64,000 nt of DNA from Acanthaster planci (taxonomy: Eukaryota), in NCBI RefSeq assembly GCF_001949145.1, contig NW_019091357.1, forward strand, positions 872,671 to 936,670. Reading direction: 5' to 3'. This document shows positions 51,755 to 64,000 of this stretch, in pieces. Numbering within the stretch: position 1 is the first letter of the stretch; each line of letters opens with the position of its first letter. Under the pieces are notes generated by a model. The model saw only the letters and a list, made by a program, of their open reading frames with translations, ran no database searches and was not told the DNA's origin. A program made the translations under genes and the position numbers.

Positions 51755-53808
51755 ATCTACCTGAAGACTTGTTGAAAAAAACATGATTATTTCACTCTTT
51801 AGGTGCATATGAATTAGTTTTAATCATTATTCTCTTTTCTTAAAATGCTCTCCCCATAACTGTATTAAGAATAAAGGAGAGAAGGCATGAGGGATAAAAT
51901 GCAAGCATCCTGAAGTTAAGTTGAGAAATAAATTACAATGTAAGCATTCAAGTTTAAATCACATACATCTACCTGCTCTGAACCTGTACAAAATATGGCA
52001 TTAGGGATTAACATTACAGAGCATAAAACTGACCAACTAAAACTAGTCTAAAAAGAAACCAGACAGACAGATAGATGCTATTTATTAAACTGCAAACAAC
52101 CATGACAAAATAAACATGAACATTGATGCAGAGCAGACCAGATGTTGAGAAATCTCTGTACTGATTATTGACAGGGGTGTGAGTGGACACTTAAAAGTAA
52201 AGTTGAAAACAGCTGGCAAATAGCTGAAATGTAAAAAGTTCTCATACTTTTGCACAGACCAGATGTACAAAAAAGCTGAAATTCAGGGTCAACATCTGAA
52301 CAAAAAAGCTGAAATCAGATAAAAAGCTGATTACTCACATCCTTGTACTGAACATACGAACATACATATTCTTGTATGCAAGTAAACATTTGAAACAGAT
52401 CATGAACTCGACAACTCACTACAAAGAGACGAATGAGGCTGAGTCATACAAGCGCAAAGCAACGTCATGCACTAACTACGCAACTTACGCACGTTATCGT
52501 GCCATTCGTGGTTAATACTACCAACGTCATGCTCAACAACGTAATAAATCACCTCCTGTCCCATTTATCGAATGAATATTGAACGGATATGCATAAGCGA
52601 TTTTTGTTCCAAACGTACCTCAGACAAATGATAGAATCCTCGACCGAAAAATACGGTATTTGCCCAAGAAAACTTACCGAATTAAGAGGGCGTCTACATG
52701 TATTTCGAGTTACGATATGTCATCATTATCCACCGCCTTGTTAATCATTAACAATAGAGGGCCTCAAGAGTGACCTCTTGAGGGCGGTATATCAAAAGAA
52801 GCGTGTGCGTTTTCAAATACTCAACTTCGTCTCCGTCTCAGGCTTCATGTAGGAAACCAATCCTCGATTGTGGGCCTGAAGCGTTTAAATTAAATTGAAA
52901 TACTGTAATGTTTGGCTCTTTTGCATCTTACTTGATGTTTTGTGGCACTATCAGATTGCTATTGCGCTTACACATAGCATGGAACAAAAACGATTTATGT
53001 AAGAATCGTGGCAAACCACACGAAGAAATGTTAAAAAAATAAAAAAGATAAAAAATATAAAATTGTATTCAATTGGCCTTCCTGGCAAAAATAATAACAG
53101 ATAAATAAAAAAGCACAAGATCGAGCAGATACAATGACCAACATTCACTTATTTCCCCTTAATTAATATTATTGCTGAGGTATTTTTATGAGAAAGTATG
53201 CGGAGGGCATTGGTCAAGTTCAGGGTAACTTTTTGGGTCGCCTATGTGGGACGTGAGATACGCCTTATTTGTTCCGAACGGCTGCTGCAAAGGCACAGTA
53301 TCCCTTAGAAAATATTGTCCATATCTTCGAGGAAATTAATATACAGCCCCTCGAATCGAAGCATCAACCGCTTCTAGAAATCCCGTCTCAGCATATTATG
53401 TGAGGCCATGCACGTTTAATAAATATTACAAAGATAATGAAGTATTACCCACTATCATAGTTTAGATAACAGTTACTGTGGCCTTGAGTAGACCTCACGA
53501 AAAAGGTTCATTAAGCCAGCGATTGTTTGATAATCGGTAACCGATACCATCTCGAGACAATGTTTGCAGTTGACCAGAGCGTTGGTACCCGCGTCGAGGG
53601 GGTACTCTCAAAGTTCCCCATTTAGAAACGTTGATAATCATTTGGTTCCAACAAAAATGTTTAGGCCTATATGTTGCTTCCCGTAAGACGTACTAGCTTC
53701 GCACAACTTTCAATCTGTCTGATGAGGATCATTTTCCGGAGATCTTCTTGAGGCCGGAATTGCGTCAGTGGACCCGCCGAATGGTGCAGCATCGATGCAG
53801 TGGACGTA

Positions 53809-56800
53809 ATGCCGTCCATGTCAGCGCTATTGTGCTGGTGGGTGTGGGTGGCTGGTTTGCTGGCTCTGATTGGCCAGTCTTCCCTGGGTGAGCAACCCTT
53901 TTAGAAATTAGTGTCCAATAACGATAGGATTGTCGTGCTGTTAATATAAAAAGAGAAGGAAACGAACTGGATGTGTGACATTAAATCCAATCCTTAAGCT
54001 TGTGTTTTTTTCCTGGCAGTTGCGCTCAGGTAATGAGAGTCTTACGCCAGTTTTCATAACATTACGATGTAGTACGATCAGGGAGTCCACCTGGTGGGCT
54101 AGACTTTTAGCGCCCCTACTTCACAATGCATTTAAACATAAAGGGAACACCGAAAGTATTAATACATCTCTAGCCGACAAGCAAGACAGGCGGGGGCGGG
54201 GCCTAACGATCTGAGAGAAGGTTGCTGCTTGGTTTGTAATGTCTATATCGGCATACATCTCTGTCGTTAACAAACACCCCCTGGTCATGTACCTACAACT
54301 GTTAACGAGGGGGTCTGTACTTACAAAGCCTCTTATTATCGGGAGGTAATGAAGAAGTTGATCGTTCGCATTAGTAACCCGAATTAAAATACGTGCACCC
54401 GACGGTTATCATTTTATCTGATCGCTTTACTCATTTTGACGGCTGCATAAATCGGCACATTTTTCTTCCTGCATTTCACACTAATTGCCATCATCTGGCA
54501 TTCGATGTTTTAGTATTCAACTTTTGAAATGATTATTACTTTGATCAGCTTTTTCATCTGATCAGTTTCTATATTGGCTTGTTTTCCTTCTAGCAGCGAT
54601 CCCGTGTAACTCCACTGAGTCTCTCAGTAACGTCGCCTGCCACACAAACCAAACCAACGGCTTGGAGTACGTCGTTTGCGAGTGCTTGCCGGGTTATGAG
54701 CTTCAAGGACCGACGTCAGTGACTGTGTGTCTCGAGACGGAGCAGGGCTGGGGCGAGACAGTTCCAAACTGCACAGGTAGGTAGATTGCTGCCCTCAGAC
54801 ACATGATGTCGCCCCCCAAATAATCCTTCTTGTTCGACCTAAGAATTAACCGTGGGATGATCACAGTTGAGGAAGTTTAGGTAATACCTAAAGTTTGCAA
54901 ATCTCCTTTACCAAGTTAAAGCAAGCAAGATAGCTGTGTCCTGCTATGAACAATCAAATCACTGGAGACTCACTCTTTAATTTTTATCAACACCAACAGA
55001 CGGGATAAAATCAGTGGCTTATCTAACGCACTCTGTCACTAATGTCATAGCAATCCGATGTCTGGCACCCGACTCGCCTGCAGGGAGCATTGTCACTCCT
55101 GCGCACGATAGTTACATCTCGGGGGACACCATCACCTACACCTGCCTTGAAGGATTCAGTGGAGATGAAGACCCCACGCGGCGATGCCTGCCTGACGGAA
55201 CATGGTCAGAGACGAACTTCGGCTGCCTGCGTGAGTGACGAATTCAAATGACTTTACTTTTGAAGTGTTTCACTGCAACACCATTGAGACGCTTTTAACT
55301 TGGCTACTTCGTGCCATTAATATTTATTTTATGTGTTCACACTGTGATTTTTGCTCCTTGTTCTACAACCGTGTAGGCCCAGGCTGCGTCATAATGTCGA
55401 AATGTTTTTATCTGCAACATTTAATTGTTAGAAGAACAGGTGAAAATGCATAAATGTTAAAATCGCAGCCGTTACGTCGTCCACTAGTTCGTCAAGCATA
55501 AAGCAATACTTCTGATGACAAGTCCTTTTTTCTTTTGTTAATTCATCACAAACGCAAGCTTGTCCGGCTCGCGGTCTCTGGTACAATTGGCAAAGCTGTT
55601 TCATAGAGGTCAAGCATGGTGTGTCATGGAGCGAAGCCAAATTACGCTGCGAGGCAAAAGGCTTCTCGTTAGCCAAGGTTGAGAACAGCGATGCTCAGAC
55701 GTTTCTACACAACTCCCAAATAGAAAAGAGGGAACACTGGACTGGTGGGAAGGAAGCCAGGAATTGGATCTGGGAAAAGAGTAGGTCAAAACCAATCATT
55801 TTCGTAAATGAAATCTCGCAGCGGCGGTGATCTTAGTGAAGTTAGAAACGGAACGTCTTATTTCGTGAAGACTCCGAGGTGGATTTGCGTCTGGGATTGC
55901 CTGGGACTGTTATCTTCTACGTATTTCACTTTACACCACCTTTTCCCACAATTTGATACACTCCTTTGCATAATTGTCTTGTTGACAAAGAGTCATGACA
56001 GACTATATTGAATGTGATCAGTCAAAAATCTACTGGTGATCCTATCCCACATGTATTTGCCCCCCAAGGGTGTTGACACCTATGCGTAATGAGTATTCGT
56101 TTTTTCTTGACTGGTGTCAGCATTGCCTTATATCTGTGGACTACCTCACGATGCTCACCATGGACATGACATGTTTTTATCATTCCTTTGGGCTTCAGGT
56201 CAGACACCAATCGAATATTTCGTCTGGGCAGACGGGGAACCGACCAATGTCGATACCGAGGAGTGTCTTCATCTGAGCGCGCTGCCAGGTCACAGTGACT
56301 ATGAGTGGAATGACAACAACTGTCAAAAGACTATTGACAATAGCAGAATGATGTATTCGATTTGTCAGTTTGGTAAGGCACTGACATCAACAAGCAACTC
56401 GTTTTTATATCACAGAATGAGATAACGATGGAAGGGCATTTCAAGTAGCCGTTCATGTATTGAAATATCTTAAATCACTGAGAATCCTTTGAGATCATTG
56501 AGATCCGAAGATGTACATGGGGATATTCGGACTCCAAGAGCCCATGATCGTTCCCACTGGTGTTTATGACAAACGTTGGGGTTACCATGTTGGACAGTCA
56601 CCGTAAACAGTCGCGTGGCGACCTTTTCTTTTACTCCATTTTCATCATTTGCACAAATGATTTAGTCACGTTGTAGTTAAAGAACCGCTAATGAAAGATT
56701 GAAGATTGCCATAAGGTAATTAGGGTCCGTCTTTTCTCTACAGATCAACCATGTCCCAACCTTCTTAATTTTTGGTCTTACGACAAGTACTGCATCGAAT

Positions 56801-59545
56801 TTAACCAGGTCTCTCGCTCCTGGTATGGCGCTAGAGATTATTGCAAATTCTATAATAGATGGCTGGTGGAAGTCACAGATCAAGATATGCAGAATTTTCT
56901 TAGAAACACCTTGATAAGTTCATACAGTGGTTACTACACACACTGGTGGATTGGCGGGACTGTCAGTGCATCTCGTGCATGGAGGTGGACAGACGGTGAG
57001 TAGAAGAGTAAAGAAGTGTTTGTTACTAGAAAAAAAGGGCTCAAGTTAGTCACCTCTTAATTGCCTCACCCAAATTTCTTGTATTTTGTTTTGAACTGCG
57101 TCTGCTCTCTTCCACATAGCAAAGTTTGCTTTATTCCCACCGAAGCATACTTTCGTTTTGTTTCTAGGTGAATTGGTACACGACAGTTTTTGGAAGGGTG
57201 GGTATCCGGACTGCGATCCTTCGTTTTCAGCTGGGGAGGATGAAAAATGTATTCAGCTTAATCTCGGTGAGCAGCAGATGAACAACTGGCAGTGTACATC
57301 CTGCGAGAAGCAGCAGAGACATTACATCTGTCGCACAGGTCAGGAAGTCACATCTGTTTTTGTGTGTGTTCTTGTGCTATCACGTGCTTAAAGTGGCTGT
57401 TGCCATGGTTCAGTTGTCTGCCTTTGAATCACTAGGTCATTGGTGTCTCACTGCCCTGTCAGGTCCCCATATTGGCGAGTAATTGTTGTCAAATAGCTGT
57501 TCATTATGGTAATACATGTACATGGGCGGTTTCGCTTATTGCCTGTTCAGAGCCGTCACATTGCTAGTTTACTGTCCGACGCGTCGAAAAGTAAAAATCG
57601 TCTTTCCGAATATGATTTATAGATTCCAAGAATATCACAACCTGCGGAGATCCAGGCGTGCCTCTACACGGCACGCGGCATGGGACCGACAGTTTCAGAA
57701 CCAGCGATACCTTTCAATTTACGTGCGATGAAGGGTACAAACTCGCTGGGTCCGAGTTTAGAGAATGTCTGGCCAACGGTACTTGGAGTGGCTCGCCAAC
57801 TACATGCAACGGTAAGCCCTCCATGACAGGACGAACTTTTAAAATATCTCATAATCTGCATAATGTCGCAGATTCTTTAATTATAATTATTCCTTTGACG
57901 AATTTTTGAGTGTTTGGTAAGAAGGTTTTTGACTTATTCTCAAGACCCATATGTTCTTTCAGAACTAAATGAATCCTACGTTCGAATACTGGATTAATCC
58001 GCTGAACAATAAATACGATACAGAGCTAAATTATCCACCTTTCCTCACTCCACCCTAATTTCAGGTTCGAATCCAGAAAACCTTTTTACCCCTCAATGAC
58101 CTCATCGTGCCGATTTTTCTGTGATTTGCCTTGACCTTGGGATTCATTTATCCCAACAGTAATCTCGTGTGGAGAACCGGCGGCAATAGAGGGCGGTAAT
58201 GTGACGGTGTTGTCGACCGAATACCGAGGCGTGGCTATTTTGTCCTGCATGGAAGGATATGAGATGGAGGGTGACCACAGGATATTTTGCCTGAGCAATG
58301 GTTCATGGACTCGAGGCGATTCCATCTGCAGACGTAATGATGCAATGTCCTTGGTGTAAAAATAATGTCTTGTTTTGAAATACACGTACATGTACTAGGT
58401 TCCCAGAAACCTAATCATCTGTTTGCTCGTGGACACCCAACGTAAGTTGCTGGACGGTACCCTCTTCATTAGCAATTTACTTTGAATGGGTGCCTTTTTG
58501 AAGGTCTGTGCAAGGCCCAAATGAACCCTCTCAAATGAATGGTAAAGATGATGTTCAGTTCTGCCCTTATGCCCTTTTATTCCAGATGTGGCACACACTA
58601 CACAGTCTATTCTTACCTCTAAGTACTCGACCAGCTCCGTGTATCAGGAAGAAAGCACCCTTAGTCTTACACAGGAAACAAATGCCACCACAGAACCGAA
58701 ATTAACCACGAGAGATGCTGAACACAGTGTTCCGACGCTAACTGCCGAGGTCACATCTCCAAACGGCGCTTTGACAGATTCAACTAACGGCCAGTTTACC
58801 CCTAGTTCTGAATTTAGCTCATCCACAACATCGGCAAACACAAAATTGGCTAATGACAAACCTTCGTCAGCTCCGTCGAAAGGTGACGAGACTGTGGGTA
58901 AGCATACTTTTTAAGTTTAGTGTTTGCAATGTTTAGACTGACTTGTTAATTATCATAACGCTAATGGAATAACTAAAACTCACTGGTTCCCGTTTCCTTT
59001 CCGTTGTGCAGTGCTTATCATAGTTATCTGTTTACCAACGTTCCTGATTCTTCTTGCGAGTGTTGTTCTCCTCGTCTTCTTCTGCAAAAACAAACGGTAA
59101 CATTTCCTCGTCCAAGAACCTGACTACATTAGTACTGGTTTCAACCATTCATGTAAACGTATCTCGGCCATACATTAATTATGGTTTTGTTTCATTACCT
59201 ATTTCGAACACCTTCAGCTTTGCGACTAAGATCCACCCAATCAAAGAAGACCAAGTGATTACCCCCCATCTCAGTGATGACGTCATGAAGAACCAGCAAG
59301 CGCAAGAAGACGCAGAGTCGACTCGATATAAGACCGCTGTGTCTCGGTCCATCTCGCCACCGAGAGGGGGTGTCCCATCGATGACAGCTCGACCCCTCCA
59401 TTTTCAAAATAATAATAACAACACAAGTGCAACGCCATCTACGATGATACTAAAGACAAAGGGTGGGAGTAATGCGGGACGCGGTGCAGTCCCGGTAGCC
59501 TGGGATGAAAAAGGCTATCAAGGTTTTGAAGTAGACTATATCTAG
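53809..59545 (+). CDS. Receptor C: paralog of receptor B, SP-CCP-CCP-CTLD-CTLD-CCP-CCP-mucin stalk-TM-distinct tail, 12 exons
   Basis: Exons (+): 53809-53887 (SP MPSMSALLCWWVWVAGLLALIGQSSL), 54594-54776, 55051-55230, 55559-55780, 56199-56372, 56744-56995, 57168-57338, 57623-57811, 58160-58333, 58586-58897, 59012-59096 (TM VLIIVICLPTFLILLASVVLLVFFC), 59218-59545. Frame open; exons 2-9 align one-to-one with receptor B. Confidence 0.92.
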
Positions 59546-60825
59546 ACGAGATTGCTTCAAAAGCAGATCGAATGATAAACAGATTCGAATCATTCAAAAT
59601 CGGCGAGACGGCGAGACGCTGTTTAAAACTGTTTTGTGCACAATGCATGACAGGTTCATTTGTACATTTTTGTTGATATAAGGACTTGTTGATCAAAACA
59701 CTGCATTCGTGTGACTCCTTTTTTTGAAAATATCTATCTCACGTTGTTTCTACATTAAGTTAGCAGTCTTATAAAACCATTTTAATTAAAAAGTAATTGT
59801 TTACGTTCTCTTTACAACATTGAGTCGTTGAAGCGGTGAACGTTCATAAATAAATATGATATCCTTGAAACATATGGCACAGTCAATGTAGGCGGGGTGG
59901 TGTGAATCGTGCAGGTGGTACAGTCAGGATGCCGTATCGGCAAAGCCATGTGGAAATTAATGGAATCCACACACAAGTATTAATTGGGACTTTGAACTTT
60001 AAAAAACGCACAGATTGTACATCTGGTTGGTAGTGGGTTAGATTGTACATACATACGATATTCACAGTAGTGACGGTAGCAGCACTGTGCTGTCATTATT
60101 TCCTACTGCGTTGCTGGTAAGTTGTAGGTTTCAACTGATTAAACGACATGTTGGAAGATGGCTTTTTTGTTTGGGATTGGTGTAGCGTTTGTCTAAGAAA
60201 TGTAGGCTGAGAAAAAGTCCTTTTCTAAGAGTGTTTTATTGGAAGTTTTAAACAACTACAACCCTCGGAAAACATGACATCTACTCAGAATGGAGCTGTG
60301 TTGAGCATTGTTAAAAATCTGTCGAACCCTGAAAGCGTGTACTTCATTATAATTTAATTAAGTAATGTAAGTCGTCCCAGGGCATGCATAGTTTGTGTAT
60401 ATGGTTCTGTGTCCTTCATGTAATGTACATGTAGATAATTATATTATGCCTGGCTGAAGATTTACTGTACCGGTGTGTTTATGTGCTAAAAGAGCACGCG
60501 GTTTATCTCTTATACTTTGCAGAAATTTGATAGAATTCGAAAAGTAAATGTAAACATGTGGCCAAAATATACAGTGAGTTGAAGTCAGTATGGTTGGCGT
60601 GGGGATGACATTTGGGACAGAATCGATGGACGGCTCTGACAGTTGGAAAGCGAACTGAGGTCCAGAGTACCTTCCTTATACTGGTGAATGTTTCTGGAAA
60701 ATGGCCATGGATGCAAAACGATTTCTGGAGTGAGACTTGACTGATTGGGGGGGGTAATAGTGGGAACAATTCCGCGTAATGGTAATTATTTGTTCGGTTA
60801 AAAAGGTGCAGATAGAGGACCAACC

Positions 60826-61814
<989 letters not shown>

Positions 61815-63093
61815 TAGAGAAAATGTGGACACTCGGGAAAACCCAAAGAGGACAACAATTTGCTGAGCCCCTCGGGCCAAAATTTAGTAACTGTCTACAT
61901 TGCAGAAAAAGTAGTGTAAAGGTGTATCTTAAAGCTACATTCTATGGAAGCAATCCTCCTATGTAGTTGCACAGAAAACTCCGTAGGCATTAGAAAGCAG
62001 CGTTGTTTACTGAAATGTTTTGTCTCTGGCTGCAATGTCCCTTCATTTCCATTAGAACAACACGTGTTGCTGTCTGTGATGCTCCCGGGTCATTTGCAAG
62101 TACCATTGAAACATTTTGCTTTTGGGAATATTGTGGTTATGAAGATGCAGTGGCTCCTACGGAGCCAGAGCCGTCGCATTAACTGTACGAGGACTCATTC
62201 TAATCGTTTATAGAAGAAATTTATGACAACAAAAATCAATCAAACATTTACTGCTGTCGTGCTTTGTAGGTTAATGTTTTGTAGAATATATTCTATGCAC
62301 TCTGCTTTCTGAAAACTCTAACCCTTGTAATGTCCCAAAACTATGTTTTGGTTTTTTTTTTTTTAATTTTTTTCTCTCCTTGGACGTGAAATGTTCTCAT
62401 TTTGAGGGTTTAAAGTTTGAATCCAGAGACTTGGTGTCGGGGCTGTGGTTTAATAAATGGTTTGATTTGCTTTTCTAAAACTCGACCGTGCACTCCACTA
62501 TGTAAATCGTCCAATGTATACATACGTCCATGCTAACCATGGTAAATGGTACTGAAATCTTCAACCATGAGAGGGCGCCGTGTGACATCCTTTGGAAACG
62601 CTTCCTTTTCTTAGGCCCCCCCCCCAAATCCCCGGTCTCTTTTCAGCATGTGCGTCACCGTAGACCTGCGCATCAGCAAAATACAAAAAAAAAAATTTAT
62701 TTGGAATTAGGCGGTGTCCAAATGCTGCCAAACTTGCTCAATCAACTTGAATCCTGTTACTGCGTAATTTTAACGTGTTCGTGATGGGTACCGTTGAGTA
62801 CTATGGACAGTAGTAAAGGAGTCCCTGCAGTTTCTGCACGTTTATTTGGGCACTCTTTTTCAGATGACGTCATCCCTTTATTAAACATTAATTTACATCT
62901 GAGAACCAGACAAACGAGGTGGTCCTATGTCCTGTGTACATGTACAAGCTGAAAATGCTTTTAAACAGTAAAAGTGCGGAGGCCAGTCTATTTTAGTGTT
63001 CGTCGCGGCCGGAGTTATGTGCGCATGCAGTCGCGATGGACGTCGCGTGTTATCGTATATCATTTTCCAGAAAAAAAGTGAGGGTTAAAAAAA

Positions 63094-63243
63094 ATGCGTC
63101 GCTTTACCACTTTGAAGCCAGATCGTGATCAGAAACCAGAGACATTTTTGGGCGGGCCGTATGGAGGGAGTGGAGAGAGACGATTCGTGCATGTGTATAG
63201 CGCCCCCATTCTTGGTCACATTGGGGTCGACGTTGGGCTGATG
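63094..63243 (+). other. Possible early exon of a gene continuing beyond the window
   Basis: CpG-rich region at about 63000, open frame from ATG 63094, strong donor ATG|GTAAGT at 63243/63244; no recognisable domain. Confidence 0.25.
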
Positions 63244-64000
63244 GTAAGTCTTTTATTGAGACCCCATCCGTCCCAAAGTCCTCCAGTGTTTTGTGCGCAT
63301 ACGTGCGCACAAAACAGGTCGGCCTTTTTATCCCCACAAGTGTTGACTTTTTTCTAGTGAACATGAACAAAATAAGACAGATAAGGGACGCAGTTTGCCG
63401 CCCTGTGCACTTGACTAGCTGCTGTCTGAACTGTGGTTTAGATACGCCTCACGTTGGTAACCATAACCAAGTTGGAATGGCATGCGTGCCTTAGGCTGCG
63501 TGACGTCATTCGACGGAGTACCAGTATGACCTACTTTCCTGAACTCTAGTTCTGAAGCCTTATGTGTAATTGTTTTTGTATTTCGGCTTCGACAATCGAC
63601 TGGAATAGGCTTAACTTCTGTTAAAAGCCTGTACTGAATTCGAAGTCCTCCGTTGTAATTCTCTCCGTAGTACCTCCGTGCTTCAGTAAGTAAAATAACC
63701 ACATTATTCTCTATACTGTACTGTACTTCCAATTTCATGTGTACTTGACTCTCGAGCTGCTCAACAAAATTCTCCTTGCTGTTTTTGGTTTTACTTACAG
63801 TTTCAGGACATTTGTGGCTCGTGCGTCTCTAAGATATCAGAGGATTTACAAATAGAATGTTTACTGAAATCTAGCTTCTGCCCAACTGCATCATGTTGAA
63901 ATATCCTTTTGCTCTGAACGGTACACTCTAAAATGTGCTTGGAGCTTAACCGTGACATGTTTATTGTTATGTGTTTAGAAATGCATTAAAATGCTAAGCG

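Noticed and set aside
53715..53755. CTGATGAG hammerhead-like core
   Set aside because: No GAAA after the putative stem II and no stems I/III.
53809..59545. Receptor C as an allelic haplotype or mis-assembled copy of receptor B
   Set aside because: Signal peptide, stalk, TM, tail and most introns are unrelated, and one counted lectin exon differs by about 15%; these are paralogs.

Overview
Eukaryotic (animal, probably marine invertebrate) genomic DNA with GT-AG introns and three assembly gaps. Hand-splicing gives seven multi-exon genes and one orphan ORF. In order: a Rab GTPase (+, first coding exon mostly in a gap); an orphan ORF; receptor A, a type-I membrane protein SP-SRCR-WSC-CCP-TM with a Tyr-motif tail (-); receptor B, SP-CCP-CCP-CTLD-CTLD-CCP-CCP-mucin-TM with an ITAM+ITIM tail (-); an STMND1-like gene (+); syntaxin-7/12 (-) with two duplicated alternative last exons encoding the TM anchor; receptor C, an inverted paralog of B (+); and a LITAF/CDIP1-family gene (+). 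The main result is that B and C look like a paired-receptor system. They share an exon-for-exon ectodomain (CCP1-2 exons about 95-96% identical by hand count, lectin exons more diverged with different sugar-binding motifs) but have unrelated signal peptides, stalks, TMs and cytoplasmic tails, and only B has ITAM/ITIM motifs. Also present: a cluster of tRNA-derived Pol III elements, a SINE, a MITE and minisatellites. All calls come from reading the sequence; no database search was run.
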